In this document: positions 44,701-56,710 of the stretch, one piece after another
How the letters are laid out: each line of letters starts with the position of its first letter
Position numbering within the stretch: the stretch's first letter is position 1
Notes under the pieces: generated by a model
Database searches by the model: none
Told to the model about the DNA's origin: nothing
The model's input: only the letters and a program-made list of their open reading frames with translations
From: Auanema rhodensis
Taxonomy: Eukaryota > Animalia > Nematoda
Assembly: GCA_964057225.1 (NCBI GenBank)
Contig: OZ059895.1
Location: 12,090,001 to 12,154,000 of the forward strand
DNA: 64,000 bases
Direction of reading: 5' to 3'
Made by a program: the position numbers and the translations under genes

Positions 44701-47477
44701 GGCCATTTTGGGTACCAACAAGGTGATAGTGAATGGTCTGTAACAGATCGTTTTCTTGATTGGTTACTCAACTTTTCTGAGAATGATAATGCAATTTTGA
44801 TTGCGCACAACGGGTCGCGCTTTGACATACATTTCTTGGTGTCTAGGCTGATAAACCGTGGAATATATCCTGACCCCATTTTAAATGGGACCAAGATTAT
44901 TAGCATGGTTGTCAAGCCATTAAGAGGTCAAAACATTAACCATTTATGTTTTAAAGATAGTTATTTACTAGTGCCTTTACCCTTATCAGCGTTACCCAAG
45001 GCATTTGGTGTACCTGATATGAGTAAAGGACAATTTCCATACCTCTTTAACCACCCAATAAATTATGGCAAAGTGCTACCATCCTTGCCGCCAAAGCATT
45101 ACTATTGTACTGCTAGAATGAAAGCCGAAGACCTAGCTTCATTCAATGTTTGGTATGAGCAGCGTAATCAAAGTGTGTTTGATTTTGATGAGGAGCTTCT
45201 GGAATATTGTAGGACAGATGTCCGTATTCTAACCAACTGTATGAAAATGTACATGAAGTTGGCCACCGCCACCACTGGCTGGAATCCTGTCATACAATGT
45301 ATGACATTTGCCAGTTTCTCTTTATTCCAGGCAAGTTTTTTAAAATACAAGCATTTTCAAAACTAGTATTTTACAGTTGAAAATGAACCACATTAAAGAG
45401 AACCAAGTGGGTATTCTGCCTGAGACTGGTTATTATGCCGGCCAGAAGCAGAGTATAATTGCCATAAAATACATAAAATGGCTAGAACACGGATTAGGCC
45501 GCCCATTAATGCATAAGCTTAATGGTGGTGAATTTGTTGTGAGAGTAGATGGCCAACGCTATCTACTTGATGCTTATGACAGTGTGGCTAATCACGGCTA
45601 TGAGGTGAGTAATTTGTAATAAATGTAAAAAATGAAAAATTTTGTAGTTTAATGGCTGTATTTATCATGGTTGCCCCCAGTGCACCAACAAGACTGCTAT
45701 TGCACCAGGCAGAAATGGTGAAACAATGGAAGAGGTAACCAATACTTTTTTAAATCATTTTAAGCTGAAACATTTAGGTTTATGAAAAAACCATGAAAAG
45801 GCTTGAGGCTATTCAAAGCCAGGGCATTAGTGTAACCACTGTGTGGGAACACGAAATTACTGCTCAAATGTCATCAAATGAGCAAATGGCAAATTTTATG
45901 AAGGACACTGAGGTTGTAACTCGATTGGCACCTCGAGATGCCTTCACCGGCGGCCGAACTCAAACATATAAGCTTCTGGCCCAAGCTTCGGATAGATACT
46001 CACTAGAGTATGTGGACTTTTGTTCACTTTATCCATATGTAACGGCATTTGATGCCTATTACCCTGTGGGTAATCCTAAAGTGATTACTGAGGGCTTTGA
46101 GAGTTTTGAGGCATGCTGCCCATACAAGGGCCTTGTGAAATGTGACGTGCTTGCACCCACAAATTTGTTGTATCCTGTATTAGGAACACGCATAGGCGGT
46201 AAATTAATTTTTACAAACTGCCGCACATGTGCAAACAGAGGCAAAAATGTAACATGCCCGCACCAAGATGATGAAGACGCTCGAAAGCTGCATCTGACTG
46301 TAACGCATGTAGAGCTCGAATGTGCCATACAGCGTGGCTACAAAGTGCTTCATGTTTATGAGGTTTGGCACTGGGATGAATGGCAGCAAGGAGGCCTATT
46401 CAAGGATTTTGTACAAAAGTACATAAAAATTAAGCAAGAGGCATCGGGCTGGCCTAAGCCAAATATGACAGAGGCTGAAAAGGTATGTGTCATGAAAAGT
46501 ATGGCATTAAATAGAATTTTACAGCTAAAATATCTCCAAGAGCACGAGGAGAACACTGGTGTTGCTCTGGAGAGCAACAAAATTGAAAAGAATGCGGCCA
46601 TGCGTAGCATTGCCAAACTACAGCTGAATAGGTATGTAAACTTTTAAAAATAAAAATTTACAAATTTGTTTATAGTGTATGGGGTAAAATGGGTCAAAGA
46701 CCGGATAAAGCCCAAACCAAGATTATTGGTGTTGAGGATCCTGAAATTGGTAGGATCATAACTGATCCTGCAAGGGAACTCACGGGCTTCAAAATTGTGG
46801 ACGATGTGGCGTACTGTACAACAGTGCCAGAAGACTCACACTTGGCACCAGCGCCGTTTACAAATGTAGCCATAGCGGCTTATACAACCGCTCATGCAAG
46901 GCTACTATTGTATAAGGCAATGGAGAAAATTGGAAAGAACTTGGTGTATACAGGTAATTTTATACTTTGTATACAATTTAAACGTACATCATTTAGACAC
47001 CGATTCTCTAATTTATTTAAAATGCCTCGATCAGCCTGATCCAATTGAGGATATGAAGGGTGAATGGTTAGGTAAACTAACCTCAGAAATACCCGATGGT
47101 TGGTCAATGACCAAATTTGTTTCACCAGCTGCAAAAGTTTATAGTTATGAGCTAGTAAATGCAGCTGGTCAGGTCAAGTATATCACCAAGGCAAAGGGAG
47201 TGGTAAGTATAAAAATATATTATTGAGAAACTTTTTAAAATTACAGACGCTGGACCACACGGCAGCCACCGTGGTAAACTATCAAAGTATGGAACGATTG
47301 GTTCGAGGACTCGTGATGGATGGAGAAAAATTGGTTTTAAAAACCAAAACAACGTTATTAAAGAGGCAGCTTGGTGCCATATCCACGATGGACATGACAA
47401 AGAATACCAAGGTCGTAATGGATAAACTTTGTTATCTAGACGATTTTAGTACTTTACCCTATGGTTATTGTGAATAA
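41720..47477 (+). CDS. Protein-primed DNA polymerase B, predicted 14 exons, probable frameshift ~43320
   Basis: YDFET, AHNGSRFD, FKDSY, SKGQFPY, GGRT, YVDFCSLYP, KLQLN/SVWGKMGQ, YT/DTDS motifs; exons joined by ~42-50 nt introns; Vsr-like YEFNGCIYHGCPQC. Confidence 0.9.
42175..43050. repeat. AT-rich ~150-170 bp tandem repeat (about 5 copies) in pPolB intron 4
   Basis: Recurring TGATGCTCAAAAACTGAAACATTTAAATATTTTGT...CATTTCACT. Confidence 0.75.
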
Positions 47478-47615
47478 TTTTTAATATATTTGAATTTATA
47501 AATTTTATTATTGCGTGTATATTTGTATATGGTTGTATTTATAGATTTTTATGTATAGTTGTATTAATAAATTTTATTCTTCTCATCAAATGTTTTAAAG
47601 AGTTTATTACATACA

Positions 47616-48950
47616 TTACAAACTGGTATCAATATATGGAGCACGATTGTTGTCAATTGAAAGAATAGAGTCATATTCTGCATAAACAATAGCATATAAA
47701 CCCTCTTGCGGCGTTTGTTCACCAAATTCTAATTTCAGGGCCACATTACCTTGTCGTATAACATCAAATAACTCGGACGAGTGTACAGTCGGTGAAATAT
47801 CAAATACAAAAAATGTGAACCCAGCTTTATACATTGCTGGTGTAATACCATTGGATGAATCTGTACGACCAAGGCCCAAACCTTCCAACATGTCAATATA
47901 TGCTGTGGCATAGGAAGAACGCCATTCTAAATTATAAGGGCGGGTAGGTATTACCCGATTGTTGAGCGTCAAGTATATATTTTTCAATTCAAACGGTTTA
48001 AAGTTGAATGGCGAATGTTTAAAAGTACCATTATAGGCGTGTGCGCCGACAAGACCTACTACAACACGTTTCGGTGTATGCGACGTGAATAATATGTTAT
48101 TGGGTGAATCCAAACGACCTCCTTCTATGAAATAAGATCGCATTTTCACTGACGTCATGGGGTAGTGTATTCGTTCCTTTACAAGTTTATCTTCTATAGC
48201 CATAGCTAATCCAGCGTTTAGATCAAACTCTTGAATAAGCAAGTGCACATCGTTGATATCTATTTTCAGGTTTGGAAACTCCTCCTTCATTGCAGCATCC
48301 TTGCTTTCATTATTCCATCCAAGTGTGTCAATTAAGAAATTATTACGGTTTGGATATGCAGTTAGCTCCATTTTTGAATAGTTTACAAACAGTCGTTCCT
48401 GATTGAACAAGTCGATACTGATGGGAGCAGCCATCTCACACAATATGCCATTTTTAACAAGCCCTTGTCGCGCTCTAAATCCAGGACTGGCCGCATTATC
48501 TATATATCTATCCGCATAATAGCCTGATATGGCAAGTTTGCTCTCTTTAACATCGTTGCTATACATTAGAATATTCTCAATATATGTTTTGTAGGCATGA
48601 TTTACGGTAGAGTCATACACGCTAACATCACCAATTTTTAAATGATACGAGTGTATCAAACTGGCTGCAAATTGTTGGCATGGTGCAAAAACAAGGTTGT
48701 CTGGTACTGGATCACCGTTTGTGGTTACAATTTTGAATTTTACATTCAACCAACACCTTCTCAGATTAAGAAATGATTTGGAATTTTGGGCTATAACAAA
48801 TTCCCATGGTCCTTGAGGAAGAAAAGTATTTTTCAAAGGAACTTGTACAGTACGAGTGGATTCAACACCTAATGCCGACGCCGGTATGTCACTATAATTA
48901 ATATTAGGTAAAAGGGCTTGTGCTGATTTTGAATCTATCAATTTAGCCAT
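47616..48950 (-). CDS. Maverick major capsid protein (double jelly-roll)
   Basis: 444 aa; GPWEF, PKRVVVGLV, AYNGTFKHSPFNF, GFTFFVFD, VYAEYD typical of polinton MCP. Confidence 0.92.
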   Translation of the reverse strand: MAKLIDSKSAQALLPNINYSDIPASALGVESTRTVQVPLKNTFLPQGPWEFVIAQNSKSFLNLRRCWLNVKFKIVTTNGDPVPDNLVFAPCQQFAASLIHSYHLKIGDVSVYDSTVNHAYKTYIENILMYSNDVKESKLAISGYYADRYIDNAASPGFRARQGLVKNGILCEMAAPISIDLFNQERLFVNYSKMELTAYPNRNNFLIDTLGWNNESKDAAMKEEFPNLKIDINDVHLLIQEFDLNAGLAMAIEDKLVKERIHYPMTSVKMRSYFIEGGRLDSPNNILFTSHTPKRVVVGLVGAHAYNGTFKHSPFNFKPFELKNIYLTLNNRVIPTRPYNLEWRSSYATAYIDMLEGLGLGRTDSSNGITPAMYKAGFTFFVFDISPTVHSSELFDVIRQGNVALKLEFGEQTPQEGLYAIVYAEYDSILSIDNNRAPYIDTSL

Positions 48951-49403
48951 TTAAATACGATACGACCGCTCACGAGTTATGCACAGACGCTTATGAGGTT
49001 TTGTGGTTTTGCGTCGTCGCCGCTTGCCCAAGCCGGTAAGATCTCGTATAGCCTGCCGGCCGGCTGTTTTAAGAGTTTGCTTGATATTATCGCCCTTGAG
49101 CACCCCATCAACAATTTCATTGCTAGTTTTTAGCAACTGGCCACCAAGCGGTGAATTTACAACTGGACTATTGCTTACAGCACTGGATAATGCATTCCTT
49201 CCAGCATTGATGAGATTTTGGGCTATAGGTGATTGAATAATGCGTGGTAAAAACGATGCCAAAGTTGCCAGTATACCACCCAGGCCATGACCCCTCTGCA
49301 TTCCACGTTGAAACATCATTCCACTAAATGGCGCCCCACCCATTTGTTGATTCAAAAGTGTTGTCCATTGAATTGAGTTCAAGTCTAGAAGGAGGTGTGG
49401 CAT
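48951..49403 (-). CDS. Putative Maverick core/DNA-condensing protein
   Basis: QMGGA, QRGHGLGG and LTGLG motifs plus Arg/Lys-rich tail; abuts the MCP start. Confidence 0.75.
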   Translation of the reverse strand: MPHLLLDLNSIQWTTLLNQQMGGAPFSGMMFQRGMQRGHGLGGILATLASFLPRIIQSPIAQNLINAGRNALSSAVSNSPVVNSPLGGQLLKTSNEIVDGVLKGDNIKQTLKTAGRQAIRDLTGLGKRRRRKTTKPHKRLCITRERSYRI

Positions 49404-49453
49404 ATTGAACCGCACGTGCGCAATACAAAAGTTACACTAGATCATTTTACTAA

Positions 49454-49899
49454 ATTTATTCGTCTGAAATAGCGTCACTATTGCGATCTGTCCGCATCAC
49501 TCGAAAACTATTCCTCGGTGTATTTAGCGCCGATACTCTACCCAAAACACGTCGAAAGAACTTTGCACTTGTTGTAAATACTAACACACACGATAAACCG
49601 GGCACACATTGGCAAGTCATCTTTGTACGTAATGATCAAGTTTACTTTTTCTGTAGCTTGGGTTATAATGAATGAACAAGTACATTCGTCATTATCTGGC
49701 CAAATATAAAAATGTAAAAGTTAATACTTGCAAACCACAACGCATAATTGAATACACTTGTGGTGGTTATGCAATATTTGTAATACTAATGTTGTCAGCT
49801 GGTAATACATTTGAAAGCATTTGTTCATTTTTTAAACTATTACAAAACGATGATGTTTTTATTAAAGCGTTTATGCATAAAGTGGTGTGGTGTTCGTAG
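49454..49899 (+). pseudogene. Adenain-like cysteine protease, frameshifted ~49670; start appears to be ATT
   Basis: FLGVFSAD, VVNT...PGTHW, FFCSLG, Q...TCGGY across two frames. Confidence 0.85.
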
Positions 49900-50191
49900 A
49901 CGTTTGTGCCCTTATTGTAGTGAAACTTTTGGAACAAGATTCAATTGTCAGCGTCATATTCGGCGTCTTCATAATAGTAATGGAACGAATGGTAAAGATG
50001 GTGATGGAAATGATACCAGCGAACCCTCTGAAAAAACTGAGGAGTTTGTACAGTCAACCGAACCAAAACGATGCCGCTGCAATAGTAACCGAGAATATTC
50101 ACAACACGAGCCGCGCATCGAACAAAACGGCGCTGAACTACCTTTTAAACCTTCGAAAATCGTAATGTGGTCTTGTATAACTGTTGAATAA
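49850..50191 (+). CDS. Small C2H2 zinc-finger protein
   Basis: CPYCSETFGTRFNCQRHIRRLH; AATAAA at the stop. Confidence 0.6.
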   Translation: MMFLLKRLCIKWCGVRRRLCPYCSETFGTRFNCQRHIRRLHNSNGTNGKDGDGNDTSEPSEKTEEFVQSTEPKRCRCNSNREYSQHEPRIEQNGAELPFKPSKIVMWSCITVE

Positions 50192-50196
50192 AACAT

Positions 50197-51052
50197 TTAT
50201 TTCACATTTTTAACATGTAATGTAACAACTGTAGAACCATAATTAAATTGCATAGGGCGGCCAAATTCATCTAAAATTTCAATACGTATAGTATCGAGTG
50301 TTTGCTTAGTGATTGGTACATAACGAATAGGATTAAATGTTTTGGCAATCATTTTACCAAATTCAGTGGGAGGTGGTACAGGTAAACATGCAAGTAAATT
50401 AGCTTTCACATTACCGAGAATGGAATATTCTACAATATCACAATATATATACATTGTATTAATGTTATTTGAAAAATCAATGGGGCGCCTGGCTATTAAC
50501 GTGTCGTTGATAATTTTATTCTCAAAGCCAAGAAAATATGCGAGAGCATCACCGAGTGTTGCATTCAACAATAGCCGCTTACTTGTTACAAACTCTGCGT
50601 TGTAGTGTTTTGTTAAACCGAAACGTGGCGTCTGCCAGCATTTCCTTGACAAGTTTAGCCTTAGCTTGTCGATTATTATACCACTTTTTCACATCTTCAT
50701 CTTTATCTATCAAACCCTTTATACGTGCTTCTTCCTCAGCTCCAAGAGGTTTAGTGCTGCTAGCAATAAATTGTTCTTTTCCAGCATTGATTCCGCGTAT
50801 TATTTCATCACCATTTGCATAGTTACCTTTGGGTAAGTGCAGAATAAACTTTCTGTTGGAAAAACGTAGTGTATAAGAAAGATTTTCTTGTACATTTAAT
50901 ATCGAACACGGAAAAATTATGTCTGTCAGCCCAATGCAATATCTGTTATTGCGTAGCCTTAATGTTTCAGGTAACCTGGTAAGAAACACTGATGAAGTAT
51001 TACTTTTTTCAGAGTCAACTGATGACGGCAAAGTAATGTAAAAATCATCCAT
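50197..51052 (-). pseudogene. Minor capsid protein (penton), frameshifted ~50600
   Basis: N-terminal FYITLPSS and C-terminal MYIYCDIVE...YVPI...TIRIEILDEFGRP...VTLHVK in two overlapping frames. Confidence 0.85.
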
Positions 51053-51131
51053 CAGAGACCACCACCTGATGCGTGCACACTAGTATAAATGAAATCATTT
51101 GCATTATAGGTACATTTACGAGTGGTTGATT

Positions 51132-51779
51132 ATGGTTTTCAGCTTCAAACTACCCAGTCAGACAACTGTAATAGGGGCAACGCAATGTGGTAAAACTACC
51201 CTTATAAAACGTATATGTGAAAATACTGAAAAGTTTTTCAACGTCCCCATTGATAGAATATTCTGGTTCAGTCAATGTGGAGCATCGTCAGGTGTTCCAT
51301 TAAATGATGAGCGTTTAATAGTTATTCAAGGACCACCTGATCCGGATATAATAAAAGAGCAAAAGGGAGTAAACACCATACTAGTGCTGGATGATTTGAT
51401 GAATTTTTTCTCATCGAATAAAGCGGCTAAAGAATTACTCAACAACATTTTTACAGTGTGGGCACATCACTGGAATTTGGCAGTGTTTAATCTTGTGCAA
51501 GCTGCATTTCAGCTCGACAGGACCAGTCAAATTGATAGTACATATATAATACTGATGAAAAGTCATTCGGATATATTACAAATACGTAATTGTCTGCAAC
51601 AATTATTTGGCCCCCGCTTTAAAAATGCTCTAGAAGCATATGATGATGCAATGTCTACACCCTATAGTCATTTACTGATTGACAACCATCCTTTAACAAA
51701 TGAGAAACAGCGTATACTATCAGATATAACAGCGGAGCACCCTATTGTTTATGTAGCCAGAAATATATTCAGTGTTTAA
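51132..51779 (+). CDS. A32/FtsK-like packaging ATPase
   Basis: Walker A GATQCGKT, Walker B ILVLDD, HHWN...LVQ, PYSHLLID. Confidence 0.93.
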   Translation: MVFSFKLPSQTTVIGATQCGKTTLIKRICENTEKFFNVPIDRIFWFSQCGASSGVPLNDERLIVIQGPPDPDIIKEQKGVNTILVLDDLMNFFSSNKAAKELLNNIFTVWAHHWNLAVFNLVQAAFQLDRTSQIDSTYIILMKSHSDILQIRNCLQQLFGPRFKNALEAYDDAMSTPYSHLLIDNHPLTNEKQRILSDITAEHPIVYVARNIFSV

Positions 51780-51791
51780 TGTGCATGTTCA

Positions 51792-52100
51792 ATGAGTGGT
51801 CGTATTTTGTCAAATTACAACTTTTTATCTTCTTGTGCCAAAACCCCTTGTTCTGTTTCCTCATTTTCTTTTTCACAAATTGAAATTATTGTTGAAATTG
51901 TATTTAATATTGTGAAAAATAATAATTTTCTCTTAACTAACAAGGAATATAAAACCCTTTTGCCCATATCCTCATTATTACGTCAAATAGCTTTGATACG
52001 CACACCCGAAAAGGCTAAAACTTTATTGGCAACGATTTCACACAAACAATTGAAAACAATAGTTTCATGTGGAATTGCTTATTTTGGTTTTAAAAGATGA
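51792..52100 (+). CDS. Small Maverick ORF, 102 aa
   Basis: Tightly packed after the ATPase; EIVFNIVK motif. Confidence 0.6.
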   Translation: MSGRILSNYNFLSSCAKTPCSVSSFSFSQIEIIVEIVFNIVKNNNFLLTNKEYKTLLPISSLLRQIALIRTPEKAKTLLATISHKQLKTIVSCGIAYFGFKR

Positions 52101-52834
52101 AACTCAATCATAAATATCGTCTAATACCTGTTGATGATGAAACGCTGAATATAGACAAGTTTGATGCTGAATTGAAGCTCTTACGAGAGAATAAATCTAT
52201 ACCCGATTATAAAAAGGCTGAACTATACGAAGACTTGATTACCCGTCTCAAAAACTATAGAGAAAGCATAGATGCGCCTATATCAGTACAAGTGGAAAAT
52301 GCTGATCCACCATTATTGCCAGAATACAAGCTGCCACGAAAGTACAACGATCTGTGGGAAAGATTTCCAGAGGTGCGTACAAACAAAAATAACCAACTTG
52401 TGATTAATAATGAGCCCGTACCTAACACAAATATTACAAAAATTTTGGATTTTGTACTGGATAAAACAAAAACGGAACCCAATGGATTTTCAGTATTAGC
52501 CAAATTCTTAGCCAGTAATGGGGTCTCTAGCCCTAATAAGAAGGCAAAAAATGTAGAGCCTGCCGTCAGTAACAAGGATTCAGTTGATCCCGTGCCTACA
52601 TCCACATCGGCTGTCACAGACTTGGATGCTACTATTAATATATTACCTAGAACACCACGTCACCGTAAGGCTGTTATTCGATATTCACCCTCTCCGCGTC
52701 GTACATTCAAATCCAAAGCTATAAATAAAAAGGCAAAACCCGCTGACACTGGTGAATCATATTACACACCTCAGGCGGGAGAAACACAGAATGGCAAAGG
52801 CCGTAAACGATTCTACATTAGATTATGGAAGTAA
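52097..52834 (+). CDS. Maverick ORF, 245 aa, unknown function
   Basis: ATGA overlap with the previous ORF; KYRLIP N-terminus, QNGKG...W C-terminus. Confidence 0.7.
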   Translation: MKLNHKYRLIPVDDETLNIDKFDAELKLLRENKSIPDYKKAELYEDLITRLKNYRESIDAPISVQVENADPPLLPEYKLPRKYNDLWERFPEVRTNKNNQLVINNEPVPNTNITKILDFVLDKTKTEPNGFSVLAKFLASNGVSSPNKKAKNVEPAVSNKDSVDPVPTSTSAVTDLDATINILPRTPRHRKAVIRYSPSPRRTFKSKAINKKAKPADTGESYYTPQAGETQNGKGRKRFYIRLWK

Positions 52835-52905
52835 TGTTTTGGAGAACATTTATTATAATATTAAGCATCCAGCTTATTATACGTCTGCCAAAAATCTATT
52901 ATTGG
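52791..52905 (+). pseudogene. N-terminal remnant of Maverick integrase
   Basis: VLENIYYNIKHPAYYTSAKNL resembles the start of polinton integrases; no DDE core follows. Confidence 0.6.
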
Positions 52906-54084
52906 TGTCGAAGGTACAATATTCTCTACATCAACAAGAGCGGAACGCTTCATGTTTGTAGCTCAATTGGAGGCTTTTCCTAAACAACAACGAACTTTTA
53001 CGTCTAAGGTCCAAGTAGAGTAGAGGAAAGTCCTAGCAGCAGTCTGTTGACGTTGGATCAGATCGTCGACTTGTTGGCAGAGGTGGATCGGCGAAAAGAC
53101 TTGTTGACAGAGCTGGATCGTAGAGTCGACTTGTTGGCGGAGCTGAAATGCAAATTTCGGTCTTAAAAATTTTGCCACCTTTTATACAAACGTTGTTGTA
53201 AAGCTATACCCACTCCGCCTCTTTCACAAAACAGTTGACTGCTGTATGCGGCTTTTTTATTTGTTATATATTACAACAAATATATGCATTTATACATTAA
53301 TTAGCAGTTTGTTGCGCAAACAGCTGCCAAATGCGCTAAAATACACCGATTGGGCCAACAGTTGCCGGATTAACAACCTGTAAACTATCCGCTTATTAAT
53401 TACTTGTTACATCATTCGATTTCGTAAATACAAATATTTAACAATAATTCAACTCATTTGTGACAAGTCCCTATACAATAACAACTGTCATCAAAAATTG
53501 TGGAAGATTACAATAGGATCGTTTAATATTGTATTCATATTCTTATTATAACAGCTGTGGTACACTCTTACTTTTAGGGAACACTAATTCAAAATGTTGG
53601 ATCCTACTGAGGAAACGCAGGATTGTTGCGAAAAACAGACTTGTACACATCCGATTACAAGTACAACATTTCCAGACACTTTGTAAAAAAGAAACTCTTA
53701 CAAAATGTTAACACATGTTCTAATTTTAAATGAAAATTTATTGTTCAATAAATATATTACGAAACATTTATTCTATTCTTGAACATAGTTATGAAATACA
53801 TTAGCTATCAGAACATTTATAAACTATTAGGGCTACAACAACAATTACTTTAAAGTAACATTTTTGATGTTAAAAAGTTTGAAAATATTTGTATATACTC
53901 ATGACCCCTTGGCATAGTAAGTATTCTTTAGCGTTATGGGTACATGTGGTGTACAGCTATTTATCATATTTTTATGAACACAACTTTTGCCATGTGGTAC
54001 ATGTGTAGTGCACCTGTTTTAACGATCTTATCGAATTAACCTTCGATATGTGTTTCATTAAATTTAGTTTAAATATTTAGTACT

Positions 54085-54662
54085 TCTTATCGAATTAACC
54101 TTCGATATGAGTTCCATTGATTAACCCATAAGAGGTACGGTGAACATATTAATTAGCTTTTATATAAATTCAAATTTTATAAATTAAAACAAAAACAATA
54201 TATATTAAAAAGTTTATTCAAATGTATATATATTAAAAATACATTTAAAAGGAGATAATTTTAATAATATTTTAAAAATATATAAAATACATTTAAAAAG
54301 AAATAATTGAATAGTAATATTTAAAACATATATAAATATTAAAAATACATTTAAAAAGAAATAATTTTGAAAATATTTACAAATACAACTAACAAATATA
54401 TAAATAATAAAAATTCATTTAAAAATAGATTAAAAAATAATTTTAAAAAAGCTTTTAAAGAAAAAATCATGCATTTTGATTCATGCGCAGGCTCGAGAGC
54501 CTGCCTCGGGAGGAAAAGTATATTTTTGACAGCTGACGCCGAAAATATGATTTTGACAGCTGACGCCCCCAAAAGTATGATTTTAGCAGCTGACGCCCTC
54601 AAAGGTATGTTTTTAGCAACTGTTTGGGGGCGTGGTTAGTAAATTCGGCATGGCTCTCTACT
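54085..54662 (-). repeat. Right TIR
   Basis: Inverted copy of 39548-40126; 53900-54056 also inverts ~41057-41217. Confidence 0.93.
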
Positions 54663-54978
54663 GCCGTAAGCTTTTCAAATTTTTTTAACGATCATACCAC
54701 GTTGAAAGTACGCCATGCAGCTGATTTTCAATTTTATCTCTTCCGTAACAAATGTTTTCAATTTTCCAGCAGTTTTACTTAGATAGCTATTGAAACAAAC
54801 GTTGTTTAAACACTATACAACTGTGAAACCTTTTTTAATTTATTGTATTTGGATCTCATAAGATTTGATATCATCGAGGGATTTAGATGTAACGTAGAAA
54901 AATACATAACTAACATGAAATTGGAAAAAAAACAATAACGAGGATAAGTATGTAAATCATTGAATATCAGATATTTTC

Positions 54979-55097
54979 GCTTACGACCATACCACGTTGA
55001 AAGTACGCCATCCCGTCCGATCTGGCAAGTCAAGCAACGTTGAGCCCGGTTAGTACTTGGATCGGAGACGGCTTGGGAATCCCGGGTGCCGTAAGCT
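54979..55097 (+). rRNA. 5S rRNA
   Basis: Full copy, GTTGAGCCC variant. Confidence 0.94.
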
Positions 55098-56166
55098 TTT
55101 CAAATTTTTTTAACGATCATACCACGTTGAAAGTACGCCATGCAGCTGATTTTCAATTTTATCTCTTCCGTAACAAATGTTTTCAATTTTCCAGCAGTTT
55201 TACTTAGATAGCTCAACCCAAGGCATTAAAATATCTTCAATCTTATTTCTATATTACAGTTATAAACCAGTAGTTTATGAACCTTCATCTTAACTTTACT
55301 GTTTCTATCTATTTCCTATTGAAACAAACATTGTTTAAACACTATACAACTGTGAAACCTTTTTTAATTTATTGTATTTGGAGCTCATAAGATTTGATAT
55401 CATCGAGGGATTTAGGTGTTACGTAGAAAATTACATAACTAACATGAAATTGGAAAAAAAACAATAACGAGGATAAGTATGTAAATCATTGAATATCAGA
55501 TATTTCCGCTTACGACCATACCACGTTGAAAGTACGCCATGCAGCTGATTTTCAATTTTATCTCTTCCGTAACAAATGTTTTCAATTTTCCAGCAGTTTT
55601 ACTTAGATAGCTCAACCCAAGGCATCAAAATATCTTCAATCTTATTTCTTTATTACAGTTATTACAGGGATTTAGATGTAACGTAGAAAATTACATAACT
55701 AACATGAAATTGGAAAAAAAACAATAACGAGGATAAGTATGTAAATCATTGAATATCAGATATTTCCGCTTACGACCATACCACGTTGAAAGTACGCCAT
55801 GCAGCTGATTTTCAATTTTATCTCTTCCGTAACAAATGTTTTCAATTTTCCAGCAGTTTTACTTAGATAGCTCAACCCAAGGCATCAAAATATCTTCAAT
55901 CTTATTTCTTTATTACAGTTATAAACCAGTAGTTTATGAACCTTCATCTTAACTTTACCGTTTTTATCTATTTCCTATTGAAACAAACATTGTTTAAACA
56001 CTATACAACTGTGAAACCTTTTTTAATTTATTGTATTTGGATCTCATAAGATTTGATATCATCGAGGGATTTAGATGTAACGTAGAAAAATACATAACTA
56101 ACATGAAATTGGAAAAAAAACAATAACGAGGATAAGTATGTAAATCATTGAATATCAGATATTTTC

Positions 56167-56285
56167 GCTTACGACCATACCACGTTGAAAGTACGCCATC
56201 CCGTCCGATCTGGCAAGTCAAGCAACGTTGAGCCCGGTTAGTACTTGGATCGGAGACGGCTTGGGAATCCCGGGTGCCGTAAGCT
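56167..56285 (+). rRNA. 5S rRNA
   Basis: Full copy. Confidence 0.94.
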
Positions 56286-56591
56286 TTTCAAATTTTTTTA
56301 ACGATCATACCACGTTGAAAGTACGCCATGCAGCTGATTTTCAATTTTATCTCTTCCGTAACAAATGTTTTCAATTTTCCAGCAGTTTTACTTAGATAGC
56401 TATTGAAACAAACGTTGTTTAAACACTATACAACTGTGAAACCTTTTTTAATTTATTGTATTTGGATCTCATAAGATTTGATATCATCGAGGGATTTAGA
56501 TGTAACGTAGAAAAATACATAACTAACATGAAATTGGAAAAAAAACAATAACGAGGATAAGTATGTAAATCATTGAATATCAGATATTTTC

Positions 56592-56710
56592 GCTTACGAC
56601 CATACCACGTTGAAAGTACGCCATCCCGTCCGATCTGGCAAGTCAAGCAACGTTGAGCCCGGTTAGTACTTGGATCGGAGACGGCTTGGGAATCCCGGGT
56701 GCCGTAAGCT
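56592..56710 (+). rRNA. 5S rRNA
   Basis: Full copy. Confidence 0.94.

Larger units (their letters stand above)
39548..54662. mobile_element. Maverick/Polinton, 15.1 kb, integrase-truncated
   Basis: AGTAGAGAG...CTCTCTACT termini, ~580-bp TIRs, 6-bp TSD GCCGTA (39542-39547, 54663-54668); pPolB, MCP, mCP, protease, ATPase. Confidence 0.97.
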
